From contig OZ024747.1 of NCBI GenBank assembly GCA_964016885.1, positions 86,490,001 through 86,554,000 on the forward strand: a DNA stretch of 64,000 bases. The letters are read 5' to 3'. The translations under genes and the position numbers were made by a program. Origin of the DNA: Eledone cirrhosa (taxonomy: Eukaryota). A model generated the notes under the pieces. The model searched no databases and was not told where the DNA came from. It saw only the letters and a program-made list of their open reading frames with translations. Shown piece by piece: positions 48,771-64,000 of this stretch (the stretch's first letter is position 1; the number at the start of each line of letters is the position of its first letter).

Positions 48771-50961
48771 ATTATTTCTACAGTGACGATCTCTTAATTT
48801 CTTTTAAAGAATTTACCCTCTCAGACAACAGGAGTTTCTTATATTCATAGGCCCAACTATATTAACTTCACTATTATCTTGTAATATAGGAATCATTTTT
48901 CTGTATACCAATCCTGCAGGAGTCGACTTTTCCCGTCGTCTTTCGAGTTTTAGTTATATAGAACCCGTAATATATTGCTTCAATGCGCTTCTTTTTCTAC
49001 AAAAATGTTAGTCCTTGAGGCTAGTCAAATTAAAATATTTATTATTCACATATAAAAGAATTGTTTCTTTTGCGTCATCTTATTCAAGGGATTTATCTTT
49101 CAATTCTGATTGGTTAAACTGAATGAGGAATAACTATTGAGCAAATATCTGTTATGGAAAAAACTTAATGGAATTGTTTGTTTGTTTGCATATGTCAATA
49201 ATTGATTTGTACATTCCTATTCATTTTTACTACTCTATATTTTCATTTCATTTTCTTGGTTTTCTTTTTTTGTCTTTTTTCTAAAAATATATTTGTTTCT
49301 TATTTCTTTCATTGGCTTTTAATTTCTGGTTTATCTGTGTTTGTGTTTGGAAATGTGTTTCTATTTCTATTATTATGGTTATATTTGTGGATTATTTTCT
49401 TGTTGCCATTGGTCTGTGGCAAGGCGGGTCGTAGTCGTTTTTATTCTGTTGTTTGTGCATTCTAAAAAATGGAATAAATAATGTAGTGATGCAGGAAAGT
49501 TGCTTGACATATTAAAAAGGTTGTTGTCTACCATTTCACATGGTAAAACTCTCACGTATTCCTTTATAGCCAAACGTTCACACATGTTTATATGTGAATA
49601 TACACACATATATATATATGTATGTGTGTGTTTGTGTGTGTGTATGTATGTATGCATATATGTATTCAACTTATCTCTTAACAGAATAAGGAAATGTATG
49701 AGTATAAAATGAGAAAGAGTTGAATAATATGCCGTCAAAAAGTAGCAGTAGATAGTTTGATATGTTGCACGATAGGTCGAATCAATATATTTCCTTTCCT
49801 AAAAATTCCAACTCTGCAGTTAAGATAATTTTGCAAAACAGTTTCATTGAATTCTAAATATTTTTTTAAATGATCTTTTTACTTTTTGCTTTTTCAATGC
49901 TTTCTTTCAATTTGTAACCAATTCAGTGATATGGCAAATATTCTACAAAAGAATAGGCATGAATATCATACGTAGAGCCCAATTGTACCTGGAACTTTAA
50001 ACTAATATAAAAATACTTGTGTCTAGAATGAAACATGCATTTCTACTTTCTACGAGGTTTTATGTATTAATCTTATATAACCGGAATAAGTATTTGACTT
50101 AATATTAAGTAAGGATGTTAGAAATAATCACACAAGAAAATATTTCTCAACACCTGGCAAGTATAAGGCAAAATAATTTGTAGTATTTAATTCAGTCTCT
50201 TGTCGTTCTTAATTCAAATCTCAGCATGTTTCACTTTACCATTTCATCGTTCCGAGGTCGATAAAATAAATATAATAGATGATGTATTTAACTATAGTCG
50301 ATGGTCCAGTGTGGCCACGTTCTATTATTGAAACCAGTAAAAGAAAAGAAAACAACTTGTAGCCATCCTTATATATACATTATATATATATATATATGTA
50401 TGTATATTACTAAAAATTATTGGCAATGCGCAGCGGGACTGAATCCAGAACAATGTGGTTATCAAACGAACTCTTTAACGATACAGCTGCGACTGTGCTT
50501 GAAATACTTTCACAAGAAAACTACCATTGAACAGAAAAAATAATATAATGTTCGCTATGGAAAAGTTGGGTTCGATGAAATATGCCCTGTGTAACTAAAG
50601 AATTTTAATTTCCAGCCAACAGAGCATCGATTTGTGCCTAACAGTGCAATATTGGACCAATCAATCAAGTCTCTGTAACTGGCAGAGGCAAGCTTCCACT
50701 TTTTACCGCCACTAGGGCAGCAATGTTTTGCGGTCACCAGTCACCATTAGTCGTCGTCATGCACATATGAGTTGCAGTGTTGTGACCTGCCTGTTAATTC
50801 TTGATTTTATTGGAACAAGATTTTATTTGTCTGCCCTGGATAATGGTATTGAGCTAGGGGTGGGTTCGGTGTATGTAACAGTACCAGGCGAACTTTCGTC
50901 TCTTTACCGACACTAGTTGTTGTTCCTGCCACTTAGCATTATTGCTGACATTATTGTTGCT

Positions 50962-51132
50962 GAGGGCGCTGGATTGGCAGTATCGGTAGAGGGTTGGACG
51001 CCATGCTTTGGAGCATAGAGTTACGGCCCTTTGCAGTCTGAGTTCAAATCCCGCTGAAGTTACGGGGTTGATAAAATAAAGTACCAGTAATGCACTGAGA
51101 TAATTGCTGGCCTTGTGCCAAAAGTAGAAACA
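50962..51132 (+). mobile_element. SINE with internal deletion
   Basis: Family match; ATTATTGCTGACA at 50938 and 51133. Confidence 0.8.
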
Positions 51133-51524
51133 ATTATTGCTGACAATGGTAAATTCTTAATTATGACACTTTATAGATGAATGACGTCCATGAAAAATAT
51201 TTAATATTAAATTTATCTAATAATAAAATATTTGTTCAGTATGGAATGCGACATGCTTTTGTGTAAGTTTCAAACATGTACATCATTTTGTAACGTTTTA
51301 ACATAATGGAGTCTGACATTTTACGATAATCCAATTATTCGTGTACAAGCAGTTTCAGTCTTGATTCAATTTCGATACACTAAACCGCATAAAACTGCAC
51401 TTGTTTTATTTTCTCCCTCATTCTCTCTTATTCTCTCTCTTGGACTCTCATTCACATGTTCATCTACGTCTCTCTCTCTCTCTCTCTCTCTCTCTTTATA
51501 TATATATATATATATATATATATC

Positions 51525-52812
51525 TGGGGAGGGTCATATTTGTGTAATAATATTGCCAGAATTAATAAAAGAACACACTCACTGTTTGGTTGGTTTTCGC
51601 TTCTGCGTCTTTTATATCGGTTAATATAAAAACTCAGCAATGTCCAGTAGTGCTAAGTTTAATATTCTGATCGCAGACTTGGTACGAGTGATGAAGAACG
51701 TGTCCCGCATGTGCGACCCAACAGAAATGGAAAGACACATCCAATACTTCATCAACCGCATGCAGTTCTCTGGCTACAATCAAAGAGACAGAATTCGAGT
51801 ATACGAAGGAGCCACGGAGAAGTATAAGACCCTCATAGAACTGGACATGAAAGGAATTTGCCCATTATACAGGAGAAAATCATGGAATAGCTTAGATAGG
51901 ACTAGACATAAGATAGGGAAAGCCACCTCATGGTACGACAACCAGAGATACCAGAGTGTCATGTTTGTGGACGCTACCTCTGGAGGGAAATTAGCTAACC
52001 AGTGTAGAAAGGCCCTGAGAAAGACCCACTTAAAGATTAAGGTGGTAGAAAAACCAGGAACCACCATAAAATCCCTGATCAGCAAAACTTACCCTTTTAA
52101 GAAAACCCACTGTACTAATAGGAAATGTATTATATGTAAAGTAAACCCCGGATAAATTGTAAGACTAGAAACGTAGTCTATAGTATAAGATGTACAGAGG
52201 GTTCTTGCAGAAACATGACAACAACATACATAGGCGAGACAGCTCGTAGCATAGGTGAAAGGATAGACCAACACTGGATGAACTAAAAGGACGAAAAAAC
52301 GGTTCAGTACTACACGAACATGCCAGACAACAACACGGCGGTAACATAGACAACATAGAAATTAAAATAATATCTAAACATAGAAATGACCCAGCAGATA
52401 GGCAAATCAGAGAGGCCAGCGAAATAGAACTTAGAAGGCCAAGGCTAAACAGATAAAATGAATGGAATAACAACAACACCCAAACAAACAATGAGAAGTA
52501 TAAAATAAATAAATAAATAAATAAATAGACTAAATAAAGATGGCGTAGGCATACAATACAACAGGAGGAAATATAATAGCACCACTGACGATGTTGCAGA
52601 TATGCAACGAAAGAACTTTGTTAGACTATATATATGTGTTTGTGTCTATATTGTATCTGTATTTTTGACCGTTGGTCAGTCAATGGTAACATTGAGGACC
52701 AAATAAATTAAATTAACCGATATAAAAGACACAGAAGCGAAAACCAACCAAACAGTGAGTGTGTGCTGTTATTAATTGTGGCAATATTATTACAAAAATA
52801 TGACCCTCCCCA
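51525..52812 (+). mobile_element. 5'-truncated Penelope-like element (Nematis-type) with GIY-YIG endonuclease and 101-bp inverted termini
   Basis: NSAM..KFNIL, MQFSGY, PLYR...W, VMFVDATSGG, VVEKPG; after frameshifts CKTRNVVYSIRC...YIGETARSIGERIDQH...LHEH...RQIREA...LNR. 51525-51625 is the reverse complement of 52712-52812. Confidence 0.9.
52578..52628 (+). ncRNA. Minimal hammerhead ribozyme motif in the PLE 3' terminal region
   Basis: CTGACGA-T-GTTGCA-GATA-TGCAAC-GAAA-GAACTT: perfect 6-bp stem II with G-C closing pair; stems I and III weak. Confidence 0.65.
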
Positions 52813-53849
52813 AGTATAACAATATTTGTTTCGACACACGATTTCATACCAAAAACCTCGCAAAACTATATATATATATATATCTCTATATATATATATA
52901 TACTAGCATAATACCGATGAGCATCTCAGTTATTGGGTCAACGGAACAGTCTGCTCATGAAATTAACGTGTAAGTGGCAGAGTATTCTACAGACATGTGT
53001 GTCCCTAATGTGATTTTCAGCGTGACGCAGAGTGTGACAAAGCTGGCCCGTTGAATTATAGGTGCACACTCCACACAACGGACTCCCAAATAGTTTCTGC
53101 CTATCAAATTTCACCCAAGGCTTGTGTCAACCTGTGGTTATGATAAACTCATTTGCCCAAGATACCACGCAGGGAGATCAAATCTGGATCATTATGGTTG
53201 CGATGCAAACGTCTTGGCAATTCCACATGCCATCTACTATATAGATAAACCCTGTTAAAACAATTGATTACGCTCTTAAAAAACATGATAAACAACCAAA
53301 AAATGCATCCATTCATCTGTCGTAATTATCTATTAAACACAGATTCTAAAAACCAATAATTTCATTAATAAAAAAAGAACTCGTGTCAAATTTAAAGCAG
53401 ATTGTTGTGTTTAGATTTGCCTAATATGATTAGTGCAAGAAATACGGTCTTTATTTTATCTAAAAGCAATAATTTAGTCTTTAGTTTGGAAATAAAATAT
53501 AAAATATTTATAAAACAATTGTTGTTTTGTTTCACTCATTTACAAAATTTACAGATTAACATTGTAAAGGAATTGCAAAATAACAAAAATTAAAATTCTG
53601 ATAATCCATTAGAAATATAATTAAAAATTTAATGACAGAGACAGAAAACTGATTTTCAAACATTCAATATTAGTTTTGGATCACCTTTGCAAATGACAAA
53701 TGTTCATTATGCCGATAACGTCCATAAAATAGATTTTGCTTTGTACTGCTTAGATAAGGAGAGAAGGCAACCTGCTGTGAAAGGATCTGCAGGAGTATGG
53801 GATCGATTGCCAGCTTCTTGTTGCCCTGATAACTCTATGCGAATGTTCG

Positions 53850-54150
53850 AGTATTTGTGTTCGGATAAATGGTGTTAAATCGAAACCATTCATTGTGCGA
53901 GTCGAACTCCACCAAGTGTGCGTACTGTCACCTCTCCTGTTCATTATTTTCATTAACAGGATTGGCATGCGCAGTTAGGTGGAAGTGGCAACATGACTGG
54001 CGGAATTTGCAGATGGCATGGTATTGACTTATCAGAAGTTGATCCCCAGCAGGTGGAGATGTTCAAGTATCTTGGAGCCGTATTCACGAATGATAGAGGG
54101 CTAGAGGCTGAATTACGTGTAAGATTTTCTGGGGTTGGTGCAGTAATTCA
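53850..54150 (+). mobile_element. Decayed RTE-type RT fragment
   Basis: LHQVCVLSPLLFIIF and QVEMFKYLGAVF remnants. Confidence 0.6.
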
Positions 54151-54224
54151 GTAATCGTGTATTAAATCAGTTCTTTTAGAAGACAGTTATGAGAGTATAT
54201 TCCACTTGAATAGCTAACAAGATT

Positions 54225-54484
54225 GTGGGACTGGCTTTGTGCTCACTATAAAAGCCTCACGGCACAGGCATTGCTTTGTATCTGGAGATCTCTCTGCACT
54301 TGTCATCACATGGTACCATGGGCCCAGCACTATGTGTCAATAATTGTCACAAGTGTAGTGTTTGTACCAGAGTTTTCAAGTCGCTGGCTGGACTAAAAAG
54401 TCACACTCGTTCAGCGCATCGGTAGGGGTTCTCCTACATGGATATAAAGTAGTGGCCGTACTCGAAAACGAGTTGGCAGCCACC
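54225..54484 (+). mobile_element. 5'-truncated copy of bipartite RTE family A
   Basis: Matches the 3' part of 3642-4222. Confidence 0.75.
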
Positions 54485-54619
54485 ATATATATATGTATGT
54501 ATGTATATGTATGTATATATATATATGTATGTATGTATATGTATGTATATATATATATATGTATGTATGTATGTATATATATGTATGTATGTATATATAT
54601 GTATGTATGTATATATATG

Positions 54620-54651
<32 letters not shown>

Positions 54652-54724
54652 TATGTATGTATGCATATATATATATGTATGTATGTATATATATATGTAT
54701 GTATATATATATGTATATATATAT

Positions 54725-55332
54725 GTCAGGTCACCAGTTGGTGCTACTGGTAACATGTATCCCAGTACAACCTGTCTCATGGTCGGGTCGTCGGCGACTA
54801 AACTGGCAACCCCACCAAGGTTTCTTGGTGAGGAGGGTGGCTTTGGACATCCTGCAGGACTAAAAACAAAACCTGTCAAAAGGCAAAGGGGCTCTTAAGA
54901 GTCAATAGCCATCCAAAATCACCGGGAGAGATGACCCCTTAGCCTTTGTCAAGGCAGAATTCTAGGAGAAGGAAAACTCTGATATAACACCTGCAACCCT
55001 GATGGTATCCAATGATGTTGAATTATTCTTCTTTTTGGTAAATATCATCTTGGTTAAGAGAGTGGGACTGGCTTTGTGCAGTGCCTTTGCTCACTATAAA
55101 AGCTTCACAGCACAGGCATTGCTTTATATCTGGAGATCTCTCTGCACTTGTCGTCACATGGTACCATGGGCCCAGCACTATGTGTCAATAATTGTCACAG
55201 GTGTAGTGTTTGTACCAGAGTTTTCAAGTCGCTGGCTGGACTAAAAAGTCACACTCGTTCAGCGCATTGGTAGGGGTTCTCCTACATGGATATAAAGCAG
55301 TGGCCGTACTCGAAAACGAGTTGGCAGCCACC
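54725..55332 (+). mobile_element. Longest copy of bipartite RTE family A
   Basis: Matches 3642-4222 with an extra 5' hairpin (ACCAGT-TGGTGCT-ACTGGT); embedded in TA array. Confidence 0.75.
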
Positions 55333-58830
<3,498 letters not shown>

Positions 58831-59345
58831 GCACACACACAGATATATACATGTGTATGTATTTGTATAAACATACACACACACACATGCACACACACAT
58901 ATACATAAACATATATATTTATAACTATATATGAAATGTGTGCGGCCTCCCATCGCAAATGGCGATAACAATAGTCGATGACTATAGATAATAATTGAGA
59001 AAATCGAGTAAAGTAACTCTAGAGACGGATAAAATGATGAAACACACACGAGAAGTATCGAACACCGCATCTTTCCGATGTGGGAGTACTAAGTTAACCA
59101 CTACGATGAAGAATCACTGCTCACTATTTATGCAGATATATAAAAGTTTTCAGAGATTTTTTTTTTCCACACGAATTCTTTTCACGAGAAGATGTCTAAA
59201 TCGAAATATACTCACCCAAATCTTGTTGGTAACCGAGCTATCTATCACAATCTAAATGTTGTAAGATATCTTTTGTTGGTTGCAAACATTATCTGGCGAT
59301 AAAACTCTCTCTCACTTTCACACTGTGTACACACACACACACACA

Positions 59346-59454
<109 letters not shown>

Positions 59455-60141
59455 GTGTGAATATTATTGCATTTATGTATGTTTTTATGTAAGAATATTT
59501 TTCCTTAGATTTATTGAAATATGTATATGTACACACACACAAACACATACAGATACACAGATACACAACTATATACATAGGATTCATGTCTGTGTATGTG
59601 AAATGAAGTGAGGATTGTAACACTTTATATTCGCTACAATATCTTTATATTACTTGTAAGAACTGATAATATCAATATTCGAATTTTTATAACATTTACC
59701 AGCTTTCCAATTTGAAATGATTTATATGTTTATAATATACAGAAAAATATTCTTAGATGTAAGAACTATATATGATATGTAAATAAAAAGTAACATCGAT
59801 GTATTTATGATTATTATTTTTTGTTTCATTTACATATATACTTTTATGTTATTTTAACACGAACAGAAATATATATAAATGTTCTTTAACTCTTTTAAAT
59901 GTTCTTTAACTCTTTTAATGGGTTCAGCCATTAGCCTGGAGCTATGCTGCGGGACCGTTTTTAGGGAATTTGTTATTTATTTTTTTCAGGTATTTTATCT
60001 ATCACTTTTTGTTGAACCGATAATTTATGGGACACTAACTCAGACTCACATTCAAACGTAAACAAGCAGGAAGATACACACATGCACACACACATATGCT
60101 CACACATAGGCACTCACACACACACACACACAAAGACACAA

Positions 60142-60173
<32 letters not shown>

Positions 60174-60174
60174 G

Positions 60175-60300
60175 CAGTGGCGGACTGGCCAGGTTGGCAG
60201 GTTGCCCAATGGAAAGATGGCCCCAAGGGGCCCACGGCAGCATTGCAAGAGCCCACAGTAGCATTACAGGGCCCACTATAGTATTTTATCGGCCAATGCT
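60175..60300. mobile_element. Possible single end of a hAT element
   Basis: CAGTGGCGGACTGGCCA followed by GGGCCC subterminal repeats; matching end not found. Confidence 0.4.
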
Positions 60301-60548
60301 TTGCTTTCAAAAAATACCGGAAATCTAAGAGAAAGAATAAAATAAAAAAAAATAAAAAAACATTTAAGCAAAGCATTTGGTCAACCAGTTCCCAGGTAAT
60401 TACTAGAAACCAAAATATACGATAGTGGGAATAGCTGGAGTCGATAGTTGTACATACAACTAAATCTAAAGCTTAGTGTATTCGTTCATGCATGCAAACA
60501 TACATATATAGACACAGACAGACATACAAGCACATATATATATATATG

Positions 60549-63500
60549 TTTCTTTTATTTGCCACTAGGGCATCAAAAGTGGGACAAGTACAAAGGGGGG
60601 AGTTTACACAAAAAGGCGTCCTCAATAAGGAGGAGGCAATAACAAAATATAAAAATAAAATAAGATATGACAAAAAATAAAATTTTTAACAAAATCCTCA
60701 ATAGAGAGGAGGCGCCTTGGGGGGTCGCACACACCCCCGAAAAAAGTGTGCAACCCTTTTCCTCAGGAGCACAGAGAGGGGGTGCTCCCTCGTTCCTTCC
60801 TCTTTTCCACCTACAGGCTTATGTAAAGAGAAGGCCCATTCACACGGGCCATTCTCGCCACTTTCACCCACCTTTCATAAAAACGACTGGGGTGCAGCAC
60901 CTCTCTCTCCATCCTGATCCTTCTTCTGAAATGATATCGGAAGAAACGGACCAGTTGTTGGCCAGAGAGAAAGGTGCCTGACCTCAGTCCTTTCAGACGC
61001 GTCCACCATACAACCTCTTTCGCCATGGCTATTACGCACAGAAACACCGCCTCTGCTTCATCTTTGAAGGGGGGAGGCGGCTTGATCATTACAATAGACT
61101 CGGTGGTCAACCGGATCGGTCCCACCCTTGACAGCAGTTGTTCGACATAGCCCCACAGATCGGCTACGCCCGAGCAGTGTACCAATGCGTGTGCAACGGT
61201 TTCCTCGTCGCACACGCATCTGGGACAGATCTTTTTGGCGGGGTCCCTACCCGGGCGCCCGTGTCTGTAGAGCCTTTCTCGAACGGGTAAAGCCCCTCGG
61301 TAGCACTGCCAGGCCAGGGACTTCTGGAAGTTGTCCATAGGTCCCGGGCTGAATGTCCTACCGAACAGGCTGGCCAGTTCGTCCTCCTCCATATCTAGGG
61401 CTTCTCCGAGGGCGTCGTCGCACCTGCTGCGTACCAGCCCTCTATAGAATGTTGCGGTGGAGTCTCCACTGATAACCGGATCCGCCTGCCAGAGGGCGGT
61501 GAGCGCCTGGGCACACTCAGTGTGCCAGGTGCCCAGTTTTCTCGGTCTTTGCTTGACCCAGGATTGCAGCTCGGTGAGTGAGACGAGTCTGGGAAAGGTT
61601 CGTCTCACAAACGAGGCCCACACCGGTTGTCCGGTGAGGAATACGTAGAGGTGCCGTAGCCGTAATGCGTGTTTACGCATCATTAGCCACGGCATCCCCA
61701 GCCCTCCTTTCGAAGGGTGTTGACAGCAGATGGATCTCCTCACCATAGGAGCCCGCCTCTTCCAAAGGAATTGGAAGAGCGCGCGCTCCATCTTGGTGAG
61801 GGTTTCCCTTGGGCAGGGCACTACGGTCAGGCGGTAGTAGATGACGGACGCTATATAAGTGTTCGCCACCTCCGCCCGACCTTTCAGGGATAGTTTGCAA
61901 CTGGCCCACTTCTGGGTCAGTGCAAACACCCTGTTCGTAACCTCCGCCCAGTTTTTTTCCACCTGGAGGTCCGGTCCGAACCAGACCCCGAGCAACTTCA
62001 CCGGGCCCTCCGTCCAGCGTCCGACGACGCCATCGGAGGGCATCGGTCTGCCCCTCCACGTGCCGAGTTGCAAACCGATCGACTTGTCCCGGTTCAGCTT
62101 AGCCCCTGTGAACTTTTCGTACTCCTCCAGTAAGGTGCCGACCGCCTCGATTTCGGAGGCCGTCGACACCATTACTGTCACATCATCGGCGTAGGCTGAC
62201 ACCGCTTTCCGCAATCCCGGTTCCAAAGGGATGCCCTGCAACAACTCCAACTTCCGCAGTAGTGGCTCGAGAGTCAACACATACAGAAGGGAGGAGAGAG
62301 GGCACCCTTGTCGGATGGACCGCGCGATTTTGAACGGCTCCGAGAGGTAGCCGTTCACCTTGACCCTAGAGCAGATGCGGCTGCTGTGCATAGCAGTGAT
62401 CCAGCCCCTGAAAACGGGTCCGAAGCCTGCCGCCGCTAGCACCGCATCCAGGTAACCATGGTCGACCCTATCGAACGCCTTAGATTGATCCAAGTTGATC
62501 AGAGCCCCACCAAAGCCAGGTTCGTTCCCAACCCTCTCTATGATGTATCGCATGAGGTGGAGGTTGTCATGGATGGACCTGGACGGGATAGCGCATGTCT
62601 GCGCATCTCCCACCAGGTTGCCCACGACAAGCGCCAACCTCTTTGCTAGCACCTTGGCCAAAATCTGTAACTCTGTATTTAGCAGAGTTATGGGCCTGAA
62701 GTTACTTATTTCGTCCCCCTTGTTCTCGTCCTTCCTCACTAGCGTGACTACGCCCTTGGTCACAGTACAGGGAATTCTCCCGTTCTGTTGCCAGTTGCAG
62801 TAGACCGCCTCGAGGAGATCGGGGAACAAGTCCGGCATAGCTAGATATAATTCGTAAGGAAGACCATCGAGACCCGGGGATTTGCGTTTGCCGCATTGGC
62901 TCAGCACGTCCTCTATCTCAGCGGCCGAAATCAGCTCCTCGCAGGACTTCGCCTCCCTGTCCGAGAGGCGCGGCAGGCCGTCGAGGTATGGACCGAAGTC
63001 CACGTTCCCAACCGGCTCCCCGCCCCTCCCGAACAGTCGGGCAAAGTGCCTTTGAAAGGCCTCACACATCTGCTTAGGCTCAAGAATCGCCCGTCCATCC
63101 AGGTCTCGCAAAGACCGGATGGTGGATTTAGTTCCACTGTTGGCCTCTGTCACGCGGGCCCAGCTAACAGCTTTGGCCCCCTCGTTCCCTAGAGTACGTA
63201 TTTTACTTCGGACAACGCAGCCTTCGTGCTTCGCGTCGAAAAACTGGCTCAAAGCCGTTCTCAACGCTAGCACTCTGGCCACGTCGCCGCTTCTAATTGC
63301 CTCTTCTACTCTATCTATTAGCTCCCTTTCCTTCCTATTCCTATCCGCAGCTAGAACCTTACTAAATTCAATCGAGACTACTCTAATCTCTCTCTTTAGA
63401 GATACCCACCACCTGCTGTTGACGATCGCTCCAGTCAACCGTTCCTTAACTAACGTACTAATCCGATTCCTGTAGGCTCTACTTGCCGGCAAGGACAAGT

Positions 63501-63690
63501 TGAGCTTCCAGTAACCGGGGCCCTGTCTATGCGTTCTATCAAGGTTGACCATGCAGGTCACCAACTTGTGGTCTGAATAGCCAACCATGAGCATTTCTGG
63601 ACAACTTAAAAAGTCCCTGTCCTTATTTCTAACTAAAAATCTATCTAGGTACGATCTAGATGATCCGCTGCGATTTGACCAAGACCAGAT
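60549..63690 (-). mobile_element. 5'-truncated Tx1/L1-group LINE
   Basis: Begins inside the APE endonuclease (WSNRSGSSRSYLDRF...SDH); ORF2 runs to 60811; 3'UTR with AATAAA (60554-60559) runs into (AT)n. Confidence 0.92.
60811..63594 (-). CDS. LINE ORF2: endonuclease end, reverse transcriptase, CCHC zinc knuckle
   Basis: 927 aa with no stop: SDH, PGYWKLN, KSPGLDG, FRPITLLN, LDQSKAFDRVDH, RQGCPLS, AYADD, KGGLG, CPRC..EETVAHALVHC. Confidence 0.93.
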   Translation of the reverse strand: MLMVGYSDHKLVTCMVNLDRTHRQGPGYWKLNLSLPASRAYRNRISTLVKERLTGAIVNSRWWVSLKREIRVVSIEFSKVLAADRNRKERELIDRVEEAIRSGDVARVLALRTALSQFFDAKHEGCVVRSKIRTLGNEGAKAVSWARVTEANSGTKSTIRSLRDLDGRAILEPKQMCEAFQRHFARLFGRGGEPVGNVDFGPYLDGLPRLSDREAKSCEELISAAEIEDVLSQCGKRKSPGLDGLPYELYLAMPDLFPDLLEAVYCNWQQNGRIPCTVTKGVVTLVRKDENKGDEISNFRPITLLNTELQILAKVLAKRLALVVGNLVGDAQTCAIPSRSIHDNLHLMRYIIERVGNEPGFGGALINLDQSKAFDRVDHGYLDAVLAAAGFGPVFRGWITAMHSSRICSRVKVNGYLSEPFKIARSIRQGCPLSSLLYVLTLEPLLRKLELLQGIPLEPGLRKAVSAYADDVTVMVSTASEIEAVGTLLEEYEKFTGAKLNRDKSIGLQLGTWRGRPMPSDGVVGRWTEGPVKLLGVWFGPDLQVEKNWAEVTNRVFALTQKWASCKLSLKGRAEVANTYIASVIYYRLTVVPCPRETLTKMERALFQFLWKRRAPMVRRSICCQHPSKGGLGMPWLMMRKHALRLRHLYVFLTGQPVWASFVRRTFPRLVSLTELQSWVKQRPRKLGTWHTECAQALTALWQADPVISGDSTATFYRGLVRSRCDDALGEALDMEEDELASLFGRTFSPGPMDNFQKSLAWQCYRGALPVRERLYRHGRPGRDPAKKICPRCVCDEETVAHALVHCSGVADLWGYVEQLLSRVGPIRLTTESIVMIKPPPPFKDEAEAVFLCVIAMAKEVVWWTRLKGLRSGTFLSGQQLVRFFRYHFRRRIRMEREVLHPSRFYERWVKVARMARVNGPSLYISL

Positions 63691-64000
63691 ATAATTACAC
63701 GCGAACTACTGACCAAATAATATTTGGTATCAATGGGTTAAAGGCATCTGTCAAATAAATTAGTGGTGAAGGTGGTGTGTGTACACACACACACACACAC
63801 ACATATATATATGCCAATCATTGTAAGTTTGAATCTGACATGCAAAAATATATATATCCAAATCGTAGTAGATTCAAATATGAGAGAGGGGGGAGAAATG
63901 GGGTGGAACAGAGATGAAATATGGATCACAGGTTAAAATGTAGTCTAGATAGATGAGAAACAAAACGTGGATGTAGTTTATGGAACACCCAAATGATTTA

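Overview
AT-rich, microsatellite- and retroelement-dense animal genomic DNA. The SINE and microsatellite content resembles octopus/cephalopod DNA, but this is my inference and is not verified. Positions 1-34853 (+) hold the 3' 22 coding exons (845 aa, hand-spliced, all GT-AG, phases consistent) of an R3-subtype receptor protein tyrosine phosphatase. The protein has FN3 repeats, a Cys-containing membrane-proximal domain, one TM helix, a single intact PTP domain ([19 protein letters not shown]) and the tail DIYINNTVI*. The 5' part of the gene lies outside the window. I found no other host gene. The remainder is transposon-derived: two Penelope-like elements (PLEs) with inverted termini, a 5'-truncated Tx1/L1-group LINE with an uninterrupted ORF, CRE, RTE and hAT fragments, two bipartite RTE-derived elements, SINEs, MITEs, a 693-bp tandem duplication and kb-scale (TA)n arrays. 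The most notable signal is a set of long fold-back structures beside (TA)n tracts in the introns and 3' flank of the gene. Several carry intact or decayed minimal hammerhead-ribozyme cores. A near-identical ~290-bp inverted duplication also brackets the last three exons. The components fit known PLE biology; any regulatory role (RNA editing, back-splicing) is hypothesis only.
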